Below are positions 17,343 to 25,246 of a DNA stretch of 32,000 nt, in pieces. The notes beneath the pieces were generated by a model. That model ran no database searches. It was given only the letters and a program-made list of their open reading frames with translations, and was not told the DNA's origin. The position numbers and the translations under genes are program-made. Source of the DNA: Fastidiosibacter lacustris (GTDB lineage Bacteria; Pseudomonadota; Gammaproteobacteria; Francisellales; Francisellaceae); assembly GCF_003428155.1 (NCBI RefSeq), contig NZ_QLIR01000010.1:41748-73747 (forward strand), written 5' to 3'. Every line of letters starts with the position of its first letter. The stretch's first letter is position 1.

Positions 17343-17786
17343 ATGCAAGTTAAAGGTTTCAGTTTAGCAACACGTGTCATTCATATGATTGGCTTTGAAA
17401 TATTTGCTATTGTTATTTTCGCACCTTTAGCTGCTTTTATATTAGATAAGGGAATAATAGAAATAGGTGCTTTAGGCATATTCACTTCGCTTATTGCTAT
17501 GTTTTGGAACTTTATTTATAACTGGGTGTTTGACGTTTGGGAAGTGCGACTTGGCAAGGATAGGTTTAACCGTAGCGTGATAACAAGATGTATACATGTA
17601 TTATTGTTTGAATTAGGTCTTTTTATTGTCACCATTCCACTTGTTGCATTTTGGTTAGATATGACACTTTTGCAAGCGTTTTTAATTGATATTGCTTTTG
17701 TGGCTTTCTTTTTAATCTATGCTTTTGTTTATAACTGGATATTCGATCTTCTATACTTAAAACTTGTACGCAAAGTAAGCATTTAA
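17343..17786 (+). CDS. PACE-family (AceI-like, tandem bacterial transmembrane pair) efflux transporter
   Basis: 147 aa, 4 TM in two repeats. RVIHMIGFEIFAIVIF with the TM1 Glu, FWNFIYNWVFD, RCIHVLLFELGLFIV and FVYNWIFD closely parallel the AceI repeat motifs. SD AAGGA upstream. Confidence 0.8.
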   Translation: MQVKGFSLATRVIHMIGFEIFAIVIFAPLAAFILDKGIIEIGALGIFTSLIAMFWNFIYNWVFDVWEVRLGKDRFNRSVITRCIHVLLFELGLFIVTIPLVAFWLDMTLLQAFLIDIAFVAFFLIYAFVYNWIFDLLYLKLVRKVSI

Positions 17787-17863
17787 ATTTGTATAAAATA
17801 ATCATTATTTAGCACCTTTAGTGTTACCATCTTACGATTATCAAAAACCTATCAGTAGGAAAA

Positions 17864-18532
17864 ATGATGCGAATTTTAGTTGTAGAAGACGATATTATGT
17901 TAGGTGAAGGAATAGTTGAAGGCTTAAAGCAGCATAACTACGCTGTAGATTTGATGCAAGATGGGAAAATGGCAGAAATGGCATTAGATACTGAACCGTA
18001 TGATGCAGTTGTTATGGATATTGGCTTACCTTTTAAAGATGGCATTTCGATTGTAAAAAGCATACGTGCTAAGGGAAACTCAGTTCCAGTTTTACTATTA
18101 ACCGCGCGTGATGCAATCGATGATCGTGTGCGTGGATTAGATTCAGGCGCTGATGATTATTTAACAAAACCCTTTGATTTATCAGAGCTTTTAGCAAGAA
18201 TGCGTGCATTGGTACGTCGTTCAGCTGGACGGAGCGATCCTAAAATTAAGTTTGAAGAGTTAGAGCTTGATCCTGCAGCACAAACTGTAACAGTAAGCGG
18301 TGAGTTTGTAAAACTTTCAAGAAGAGAATTTGCGTTACTTGAATGCTTGTTAGAAAATACAGGAAAGGTGGTTTCTAAAACGAAGTTGCTTGAAAAATTA
18401 TATGGTTGGGATGAAGAAGTAGATTCTAATACCCTAGAAGTACATATTCATAATGTACGTAAGAAAATTCAGAATAAATATATAAAAACGTTACGAGGCG
18501 TTGGTTATATTGTACAAAAACCAACAGCATAA
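17864..18532 (+). CDS. Canonical OmpR-family response regulator (QseB/PmrA/BasR-like); no adjacent histidine kinase
   Basis: 222 aa. All receiver signatures are present (VVEDD, AVVMDIGLP, LLLTAR, ADDYLTKPF), with a wHTH (LSRREFALLECLL...LEVHIHNVRKKI...TLRGVGYIV). The start could be the second ATG at 17867. Confidence 0.9.
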   Translation: MMRILVVEDDIMLGEGIVEGLKQHNYAVDLMQDGKMAEMALDTEPYDAVVMDIGLPFKDGISIVKSIRAKGNSVPVLLLTARDAIDDRVRGLDSGADDYLTKPFDLSELLARMRALVRRSAGRSDPKIKFEELELDPAAQTVTVSGEFVKLSRREFALLECLLENTGKVVSKTKLLEKLYGWDEEVDSNTLEVHIHNVRKKIQNKYIKTLRGVGYIVQKPTA

Positions 18533-18585
18533 GCAATAAACCAAGTAAATCAGTGGACTTTAGACATAAAATCATTGAAGATAAC

Positions 18586-18614
18586 CACCATTGATTTGAT
18601 GGTGTTTATTCTTT
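18586..18614 (+). terminator. Hairpin plus T-rich tail between the response regulator and tex (possible terminator/attenuator)
   Basis: CACCAT-TGATTTG-ATGGTG followed by TTTATTCTTT. It ends only 5 nt before the tex ATG, so its function is uncertain. Confidence 0.25.
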
Positions 18615-18619
18615 AGGTT

Positions 18620-20722
18620 ATGAACTTACAACTGCTGACTCAAAAGGGTGCACTGAGCTTAAGTGCAGTTAATAATATTATTAAGCTTCTTGATGAAGGT
18701 GCAACGATTCCGTTTATTGCACGTTATCGCAAAGAAGCAACCGATGGTATAACGGATGCCCAGCTTCGTGATTTTTATGCGCAATATCAATATTTACAAA
18801 AACTCGATGTGCGTAGAGAAGAAATTATCAATATTTTACAAGAGCGTGAACTTTACAATAATGAGTTACAAACTGTATTACACAATGCGCAAACCTTGAC
18901 TGATCTTGAAGATATTTACCAACCTTTTAAGCAAAAGCGTAATACTCGCGCTCAGCTAGCTATTGATAAAGGGCTACAAGCATTAGCTGACCGACTTATG
19001 AAAGCTTATGATAGTATTGATGATTTTTATGAGCAAGCGGCACGGTTTGTAAAAGAAAAAGTGACTACTGTTGAAGAAGCTATTCAAGGTGCTATGGATA
19101 TTGCAGCAGAATACTATGCGGATAATCCTAAAGAACGTGCCTTTGTTCGCGATCAAGTGTCACAATTTGGTCAAATGCAGATTAAAATAACAAGAAGCTG
19201 TGATAAGAATGGTAACTTTTTCCAATTTGATCAATATCAGTCAAATATTAATAAGATTCCAGCTCATAGATTATTGGCGATTTTTAGAGGCGTTACTGAA
19301 AAAGAATTAAGCCTTAAGATTGAAATTGATCATGAACGTTACAAAGAAAATATGGAGCGTCATAAACTACCTAAAAATGCAGCTGGTGTATCTTCAATTT
19401 TGCTTGATGCCTATTATGATGGTTATAAGCGTTTGTTGTATCCTGCTATTGAGCGCGAGATCATAAATGATTTAAAAGAAAAAGCCGAAAGTTCAGCGAT
19501 GAATGTTTTTGCTGGAAATTTAGCTCAGTTATTAATGACTCCAGCTGTTCAATCACAAGCGATTTTAGGTGTTGATCCTGGTTTTAAAACAGGCGCTAAG
19601 CTTGCGGTGATTAACCAAGAAGGAATGTATCTTGATCATGCAGTTATTTATCCTGTGGCACCTTTTAATAAGGTTCAAGAGGCAAATGCTGTTGTTACTA
19701 AATTAGTCAATAAATATAAAATTGATACCGTTGCGATAGGTAATGGGACAGCTTCAAGAGAATTACAAGACTTTTTTGCTCAGTATAATAAAGCGCTAAA
19801 AGTGGGACTTCGTTATACAGTGGTATCAGAAGCAGGTGCTTCAGTTTATTCAGCTTCAAAGCTTGCAGAAGAGGAATATCCAGATTTAGATGTAACAATC
19901 AGGGGTGCTATTTCTATTGCTCAACGTTTACAAAACCCAATGGCAACACTTGTTAAGATTGACCCTAAGTCCTTAGGTATTGGTCAATATCAGCACGATG
20001 TTGATCAAAAAAAATTAGCACAAAAGTTACATGATATCACTGAAGCCGTGGTAAATAATGTGGGTGTCAATCTGAATACGGCCTCTTATGTTTTATTGTC
20101 GTATGTATCAGGTATAAATACACGTTTGGCAAAAGAAATTGTCAGTTATCGTAATAAATATGGTGCTTTTACAAGTGTTGAAGAATTAAAAAAAATCAAA
20201 GGATTGGGCGACAAAACATTTGAACAATGTTCAGGTTTTATGCGTATCCCAAATGCCAAAAACATATTAGATAACACTGGTGTTCATCCTGAAAATTATA
20301 GTGTTGCAACAGCGGTTCTTAAAGAGATATCAAATGGGAAGTTTGAGCAAATAAACATTGTAAGTTTTGCTAAGCGATATAATATTGGCGAAGAGACTTT
20401 AAAGGATATTATTAAAGAACTTAAAAAGCCAGGATTTGATCCTCGTAATGAACTACCAGCTGTGAGCTTTAGTGCGAATGTACTGACGATTGAAAATTTA
20501 CAAGTTGGGACATCTGTATCAGGTGTAGTACGCAATATCACAGACTTTGGGGTTTTTGTGGATATTGGTTTAAAAAATGATGGGATGATCCACATTTCTG
20601 AATTAAGCCAAAAGCGTGTTAATCATCCTACAGAAATCGTAAGCTTAAATGAGCAATTATCAGGAGTTAAAGTGATTTTTGTTGATGTTGAGCGCCAACG
20701 TGTGGGGTTAAGTTTAAAATAA
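18620..20722 (+). CDS. tex: Transcription accessory protein Tex (S1 RNA-binding domain protein)
   Basis: 700 aa. LDEGATIPFIARYRKEATDG, a YqgF-like core (GVDPGFKTGAKLAVI...AIGNGTASRE), IDPKSLGIGQYQHDV, HhH, and a C-terminal S1 domain (GVVRNITDFGVFVDIG...DGMIHISEL). Confidence 0.92.
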   Translation: MNLQLLTQKGALSLSAVNNIIKLLDEGATIPFIARYRKEATDGITDAQLRDFYAQYQYLQKLDVRREEIINILQERELYNNELQTVLHNAQTLTDLEDIYQPFKQKRNTRAQLAIDKGLQALADRLMKAYDSIDDFYEQAARFVKEKVTTVEEAIQGAMDIAAEYYADNPKERAFVRDQVSQFGQMQIKITRSCDKNGNFFQFDQYQSNINKIPAHRLLAIFRGVTEKELSLKIEIDHERYKENMERHKLPKNAAGVSSILLDAYYDGYKRLLYPAIEREIINDLKEKAESSAMNVFAGNLAQLLMTPAVQSQAILGVDPGFKTGAKLAVINQEGMYLDHAVIYPVAPFNKVQEANAVVTKLVNKYKIDTVAIGNGTASRELQDFFAQYNKALKVGLRYTVVSEAGASVYSASKLAEEEYPDLDVTIRGAISIAQRLQNPMATLVKIDPKSLGIGQYQHDVDQKKLAQKLHDITEAVVNNVGVNLNTASYVLLSYVSGINTRLAKEIVSYRNKYGAFTSVEELKKIKGLGDKTFEQCSGFMRIPNAKNILDNTGVHPENYSVATAVLKEISNGKFEQINIVSFAKRYNIGEETLKDIIKELKKPGFDPRNELPAVSFSANVLTIENLQVGTSVSGVVRNITDFGVFVDIGLKNDGMIHISELSQKRVNHPTEIVSLNEQLSGVKVIFVDVERQRVGLSLK

Positions 20723-20795
20723 GGTAAGTTTAGATATTATGACCCTTTTCTTATTGATATAACAACAACTAATTATTGTAAGTAGCAAAAAAAAG

Positions 20796-21980
20796 ATGAA
20801 TAGAATAACGCGTTTACTACACCTTGAAAATAACGATGCTTATCAAGCTATGAGCATGCCTATTTATCAAGTTAGCACTTTTAATCAACATAATACAGAT
20901 ACATTTGAATATTCTCGTATCCAAAATCCAACTCGTCGCTATCTGGAAGCACAACTGGCGATTTTAGATGAAGCAGATGGTGCTTTTGCCTTGAGTAGTG
21001 GATTATCTGCACTTAATGTGACCTTAGGTTTACTTAAAGTAGGGGATGAGATCATTGTAGGTTGTGATTTTTATGCAGGAATTTCATTTATTCTCGAAGA
21101 GATGTGCCTAACACGCGGAATTAAGGTAAAGCAATTGGATTTACAAAATCCAGAATCCTTAGAAAAAAATATTAACGAACACACCAAAATGGTCTTATGC
21201 GAAACGGTTTCTAATCCTTTACAGAGAGTTACACCTATTTCTGATATTGCGCATATTACTAATCGATATAACATTTGTTTAGTCGTAGACAATTCGTTGA
21301 TGTCTTCTTATGGATTTATGCCGCTTAACTTTGGTGCAGACATTGCTATACAATCTTCAACCAAGTATTTAGTGGGGCATGCAGATATGACTTCAGGTGT
21401 ATTGGCTACCAGTCAAAAATACACAGATAAAGTCGTAAAAATTATTCGCCAGACAGGCTATGCTTTGGATCCTTTCCAGTCTTGGTTATTATCTAGAAGC
21501 TTAAAAACAATTCATTTACGCATGGATAAGATTCATTATAATACTCAAGTAATTTATCAATATTTAAAAAATACAGGTTTATTTAAAGCAATTTATTATT
21601 GTGGTGATGAAAGTCAAAAATATGCCACTTGGCTTATTAATAACAGTATTACTTTAGGTGGCTTGATTGGCGTTGAATGCCACGACCAAGTTCAATTTGA
21701 TCATTTGTATGAAAAGCTTAAAGCATATTTTCCCAAAACGGTAAGCTTTGGTGCTGTACATAGTTCATTAAGCCATCCAGCTACCATGTCACATAAAGAG
21801 ACACATAAATTGCAACAAATTCGCTTACAAGTTTCACCATGGTTGTTAAGATTATCTATCGGTTGTGAAGCAGTAGAAGATACACTTACGGTATTTCAGG
21901 AATTTATGAATGAAAATAAAAGCAGTCAACAAGCTAAAAGAAGTAAGCAACCTAAGCAAAGTGAAAAAGTTAATAGTTAA
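20796..21980 (+). CDS. PLP-dependent Cys/Met-metabolism enzyme (cystathionine beta-lyase / gamma-synthase family)
   Basis: 394 aa. YSRIQNPT, ETVSNP, VVDNS and the PLP-lysine motif QSSTKYLVGHADMTSG. It carries a Lys/Gln-rich C-terminal tail that overlaps the next gene. Confidence 0.85.
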   Translation: MNRITRLLHLENNDAYQAMSMPIYQVSTFNQHNTDTFEYSRIQNPTRRYLEAQLAILDEADGAFALSSGLSALNVTLGLLKVGDEIIVGCDFYAGISFILEEMCLTRGIKVKQLDLQNPESLEKNINEHTKMVLCETVSNPLQRVTPISDIAHITNRYNICLVVDNSLMSSYGFMPLNFGADIAIQSSTKYLVGHADMTSGVLATSQKYTDKVVKIIRQTGYALDPFQSWLLSRSLKTIHLRMDKIHYNTQVIYQYLKNTGLFKAIYYCGDESQKYATWLINNSITLGGLIGVECHDQVQFDHLYEKLKAYFPKTVSFGAVHSSLSHPATMSHKETHKLQQIRLQVSPWLLRLSIGCEAVEDTLTVFQEFMNENKSSQQAKRSKQPKQSEKVNS

Positions 21981-22605
21981 TGTAGCTAGCTTAAGTATTT
22001 TAATGAACATGCTTAGTGCATGTGCACCTGTTATTATTGCAGGGGCGGGGGCTGCAATTGTAGGTGCGAATGTAGTAGGTAGTAGCGTAGATAGCAAAAC
22101 GAATGTATCAGATAAGAGCATTCAATTTAAAGCGATCTCATTATTAAATGATTACCCTGAGCTTACAGGGAATTCAAACGTTGAACCAGTTGTGTTTAAT
22201 CATATTTTATTGCTGATTGGTCAGGTCTTGACAGAAAGTTTGAAAGCTGAGCTTGCTAATAGAATGGCTAAGATTCCTGGTGTGAAGGTAGTTTATAACC
22301 AACTAACTATCGGGGAGACGGTTGGTATTGGTGGTTATCTTTCTGATAGCTGGATCACCTCAAAAGTAATTTCAGCATTGATTTCAAGCGGTGTTAACAG
22401 CTTAAAGTTTAAAGTGGTAACAGAAAAAGGTGTTGTCTATATATTGGGTGTGGTTACAAAAGCTGAAGGTGCTCGTGCATCAGCAATTGCTACAAATGTA
22501 CCAGGTGTGCAAAAAGTCATTGAAGTTTATGACTATGTATTAGCGCCACAACCTGAGCCAACAAGTGATATAGAATACTCAACAATAGAGAAAGGGGCAG
22601 CATAA
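21961..22605 (+). CDS. dolP: Dual-BON-domain outer-membrane lipoprotein DolP (YraP)
   Basis: Lipobox LSA|C followed by a Gly/Ala-rich linker (APVIIAGAGAAIVGANVVG) and two BON-like repeats (...VVFNHILLLIGQV...GVKVVYNQL; ...VTEKGVVYILGVV...GVQKVIEV), as in E. coli YraP. I prefer the GTG at 21961, which gives (M)KKLIVNVASLSILMNMLSAC. The track's ATG at 21910 would add 17 residues before the signal peptide. Confidence 0.7.
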   Translation: MKKLIVNVASLSILMNMLSACAPVIIAGAGAAIVGANVVGSSVDSKTNVSDKSIQFKAISLLNDYPELTGNSNVEPVVFNHILLLIGQVLTESLKAELANRMAKIPGVKVVYNQLTIGETVGIGGYLSDSWITSKVISALISSGVNSLKFKVVTEKGVVYILGVVTKAEGARASAIATNVPGVQKVIEVYDYVLAPQPEPTSDIEYSTIEKGAA

Positions 22606-23651
22606 TGCAATATTCGTGTGCTGTGTTTATTGGGCGCTTTCAACCTTTTCATATAGGTCATTTGCATAACATACAATATGCACTTAAAATTGCACAAAAA
22701 CTTATTATTGTTGTTGGTTCCGCATTTAGAGCGCCAAGTATTAAAAATCCATTCTCTTATGAATTACGTAGAAAAATGATCTTATCAGATCTTATTGCTG
22801 TGGGTATTGATATATCACGTATTACCATTGTACCAGTGAGTGACTGGTTTTATGATGAAAATGGTTGGAAAAATGAAGTGACATCCTCAGTATATAATCA
22901 TGTAAGAGCAACTGAAAGTATTGCAATTGTAGGCCATGAAAAAGATGTCAGTAGCTATTACCTTAAATGTTTTCCTAAGTGGTATTATATTAATGTAAAC
23001 AATTTTAATGGATTTAATGCAACTGATTTTCGGATGAAATTCTTTGGTAAACATAATTTAGATGAGACTTATTTAGTCAATAATTTAGCATTAGATGGTA
23101 CACGTGAAGCTTTGCGTCAATATATACAAACACCTCTATACCAAGACCTTTGTGATGAATTTGATTACATACAGAGTTATCAACATGCATGGCAAGATGC
23201 GCCATATAAACCTATTTTTGTGACAACTGATGCGATGGTGCTGTGCAATAAGCATGTGTTGCTCATTCAACGCAAGCTTGTACCTGGGAGAAATCTATGG
23301 GCGTTCCCTGGTGGTTTTTTGGATCAGGATGAACGTATAGTGGATGGGATGTTACGCGAGCTTGAAGAAGAAACCAGTATAGACATCAAAAGTTATGAAT
23401 TTAGTCAAAAACTTATTGCACAAGAGGTATTTGATTATCCTGAACGTTCATTAAAAGGTAGAGTGATTACTCACTTAGGCTTATTTATATTACAAACCGA
23501 CTCTTTACCAAAATTGCAAGCTCAAGACGATGCAAAATCGGCAAAATGGATAAAGCTTACTAAAGTAATTGAGAAAATGTCTGATTGTTTAATCGATGAT
23601 CACTACCAAATCATTCGCTTTATGCTTACAAAGTATAAGCTAACGGATTAA
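22605..23651 (+). CDS. nadM: Bifunctional NMN adenylyltransferase / Nudix (ADP-ribose) pyrophosphatase, NadM-Nudix type
   Basis: 348 aa. The N-terminal nucleotidyltransferase motif is GRFQPFHIGH. The C-terminal Nudix box is GGFLDQDERIVDGMLRELEEETSI (GX5EX7REUXEEXGU). TAATG overlap with dolP. Confidence 0.85.
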   Translation: MQYSCAVFIGRFQPFHIGHLHNIQYALKIAQKLIIVVGSAFRAPSIKNPFSYELRRKMILSDLIAVGIDISRITIVPVSDWFYDENGWKNEVTSSVYNHVRATESIAIVGHEKDVSSYYLKCFPKWYYINVNNFNGFNATDFRMKFFGKHNLDETYLVNNLALDGTREALRQYIQTPLYQDLCDEFDYIQSYQHAWQDAPYKPIFVTTDAMVLCNKHVLLIQRKLVPGRNLWAFPGGFLDQDERIVDGMLRELEEETSIDIKSYEFSQKLIAQEVFDYPERSLKGRVITHLGLFILQTDSLPKLQAQDDAKSAKWIKLTKVIEKMSDCLIDDHYQIIRFMLTKYKLTD

Positions 23652-23767
23652 TCAACATAGGGAAATTACGTTTTTTTTATTATTTTTTATTGATAGTATA
23701 CTAATTTAAATGATCTGCGCTAGACTCAAAAACAGATAAAGTGTGTTGAACCTAAAAGGAGATTATT

Positions 23768-23947
23768 ATGAAAAAACTACTATCACTTATCGTTATGGCC
23801 ATATTTTTAAGCGGTAATATTGTATGGGCAGAAAATAACGATTTTGTGGCAAATTCAACAATGACTAAAAATGTGCAGTATAATCACTTTAAAGCGGCAT
23901 CAGTTGAAAGTCGTAATGCAAAAGTATATTTTCAGGATTTAAATTAA
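23768..23947 (+). CDS. Small secreted protein (59 aa), not in the supplied ORF track
   Basis: Hand translation gives MKKLLSLIVMAIFLSGNIVWAENNDFVANSTMTKNVQYNHFKAASVESRNAKVYFQDLN*. A strong SD (AAAGGAG) lies 7 nt upstream of the ATG. Classic Sec signal with VWA|E cleavage context. Confidence 0.5.
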   Translation: MKKLLSLIVMAIFLSGNIVWAENNDFVANSTMTKNVQYNHFKAASVESRNAKVYFQDLN

Positions 23948-23965
23948 ATCAAGGATGATTGCCAA

Positions 23966-24421
23966 TTAATTGGATGTTTCTTTTTGTTTTTCCACTTTTT
24001 GCTGATAAATTGTATCAAAGTTAACGGGCGCTAAACAAAGTTGCGGGAACCCTCCTTTTGCGACTAAATCAGAAATGACTTCACGTGCATAAGGATACAG
24101 GATATTTGGACAAAATGCGTATTGGGCATGATCAAGTTGCTTATCTTCCATATTGGCGATTACAAAAATACCAGCTTGTTGTACTTCAGCTGAAAAAGCA
24201 TCAGTTGTGCCAGATTTTACCTCTGCTTCAACTGTAAGCACCACTTCATACATGTTATCTTCTGGTAAATTGTTAACTTTAGTATTAAGTGAAACAGTTA
24301 GTTCAGGTTTCCATTCTTGTTTGAAAGCATTAGCACCTTTAGGAATCTCAAAAGATACATCCTTTGTGTAAATTTTTTGAATTTGAAATTGAATCTCAGT
24401 GTTAGGTGTCTCAGTAGTCAT
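23966..24421 (-). CDS. secB: Protein-export chaperone SecB
   Basis: 151 aa. FQIQKIYTKDVSFE..P and ...CPNILYPYAREVISDLVAKGGFPQLCLAPVNFD match SecB. Conserved grxC-secB synteny. Confidence 0.93.
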   Translation of the reverse strand: MTTETPNTEIQFQIQKIYTKDVSFEIPKGANAFKQEWKPELTVSLNTKVNNLPEDNMYEVVLTVEAEVKSGTTDAFSAEVQQAGIFVIANMEDKQLDHAQYAFCPNILYPYAREVISDLVAKGGFPQLCLAPVNFDTIYQQKVEKQKETSN

Positions 24422-24441
24422 TTCTTTTCCTTAATTTGTGG

Positions 24442-24702
24442 TTAATTAATATTACTCAAAAGCGCATCAAGTTTATGTTGACGTTCTAGTGCATATAAAT
24501 CATCACAACCACCAATATGTTGATTATTGATAAATATTTGTGGTACGGTTGTACGTCCAGATGCACGATCAATCATTTTATGACGAAGCTCAGGTCGAGC
24601 GTTTATGTCATATTCTATAAAGTCAACGCGTTTTTGCGTTAGTAACGCTTTAGCATCAATGCAATAAGGGCAAGTTGGTTTGGTATAAATTTCAATCATC
24701 AA
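24442..24702 (-). CDS. grxC: Glutaredoxin 3
   Basis: 86 aa. IEIYTKPTCPYCIDAKALL and GRTTVPQIFINNQHIGGCDDLYAL are near-collinear with E. coli GrxC. Confidence 0.92.
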   Translation of the reverse strand: MMIEIYTKPTCPYCIDAKALLTQKRVDFIEYDINARPELRHKMIDRASGRTTVPQIFINNQHIGGCDDLYALERQHKLDALLSNIN

Positions 24703-25181
24703 CTTGCTCCTATTTTTTTTGCTTTGCTTAGTTTGCTAGCAACTTCATGTTCATCCTCTTTTTTATCAATTGGGAGATTATTATTCAACCATTGCTTAAA
24801 GCCACCTTTTAAAACGTAGACTTTATCAAACCCATCTTTTTTGAGCATTTTATAAACGACAGTGCTACGAGTACCTGTGTCACAATAAATAACAATAGGT
24901 AAACTTTTATATTTATTCAAAAACTTAGTGCTTGATTTAAGATTGGCAATTGCACTGTTTATGGCACCAATAATATGACCTTGATTGTAATCTTTACCAT
25001 CACGAATATCTAAGAAAATACCTTTTTCACGATTATTAAGCTTAATAGCATCTTGAGCAGAGAGACTAAAACGTTGATATTTAGTTTGACGAAGTTCAAA
25101 AACAATATAAACCAGGATCGCAAAGATAAAAACAAGACATAAAAGTATATTTTGTGAAATAAAATGACTTAAGTTCGACAT
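24699..25181 (-). CDS. Membrane-anchored rhodanese-domain protein (YibN-like)
   Basis: N-terminal TM helix followed by a rhodanese domain with the active-site loop YCDTGTRS. I start at the ATG at 25181, which has a strong SD (AGGAAGG). The track start at 25250 would overlap the oxyR 3' end. The ATGA stop/start overlap with grxC matches the E. coli yibN-grxC-secB order. Confidence 0.8.
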   Translation of the reverse strand: MSNLSHFISQNILLCLVFIFAILVYIVFELRQTKYQRFSLSAQDAIKLNNREKGIFLDIRDGKDYNQGHIIGAINSAIANLKSSTKFLNKYKSLPIVIYCDTGTRSTVVYKMLKKDGFDKVYVLKGGFKQWLNNNLPIDKKEDEHEVASKLSKAKKIGAS

Positions 25182-25246
25182 AACCTTCCTAAGTTGTAAA
25201 GTGGTATTGAATTGGAATCTAGAGCGAATTATAGCGGGTTTGAAAA

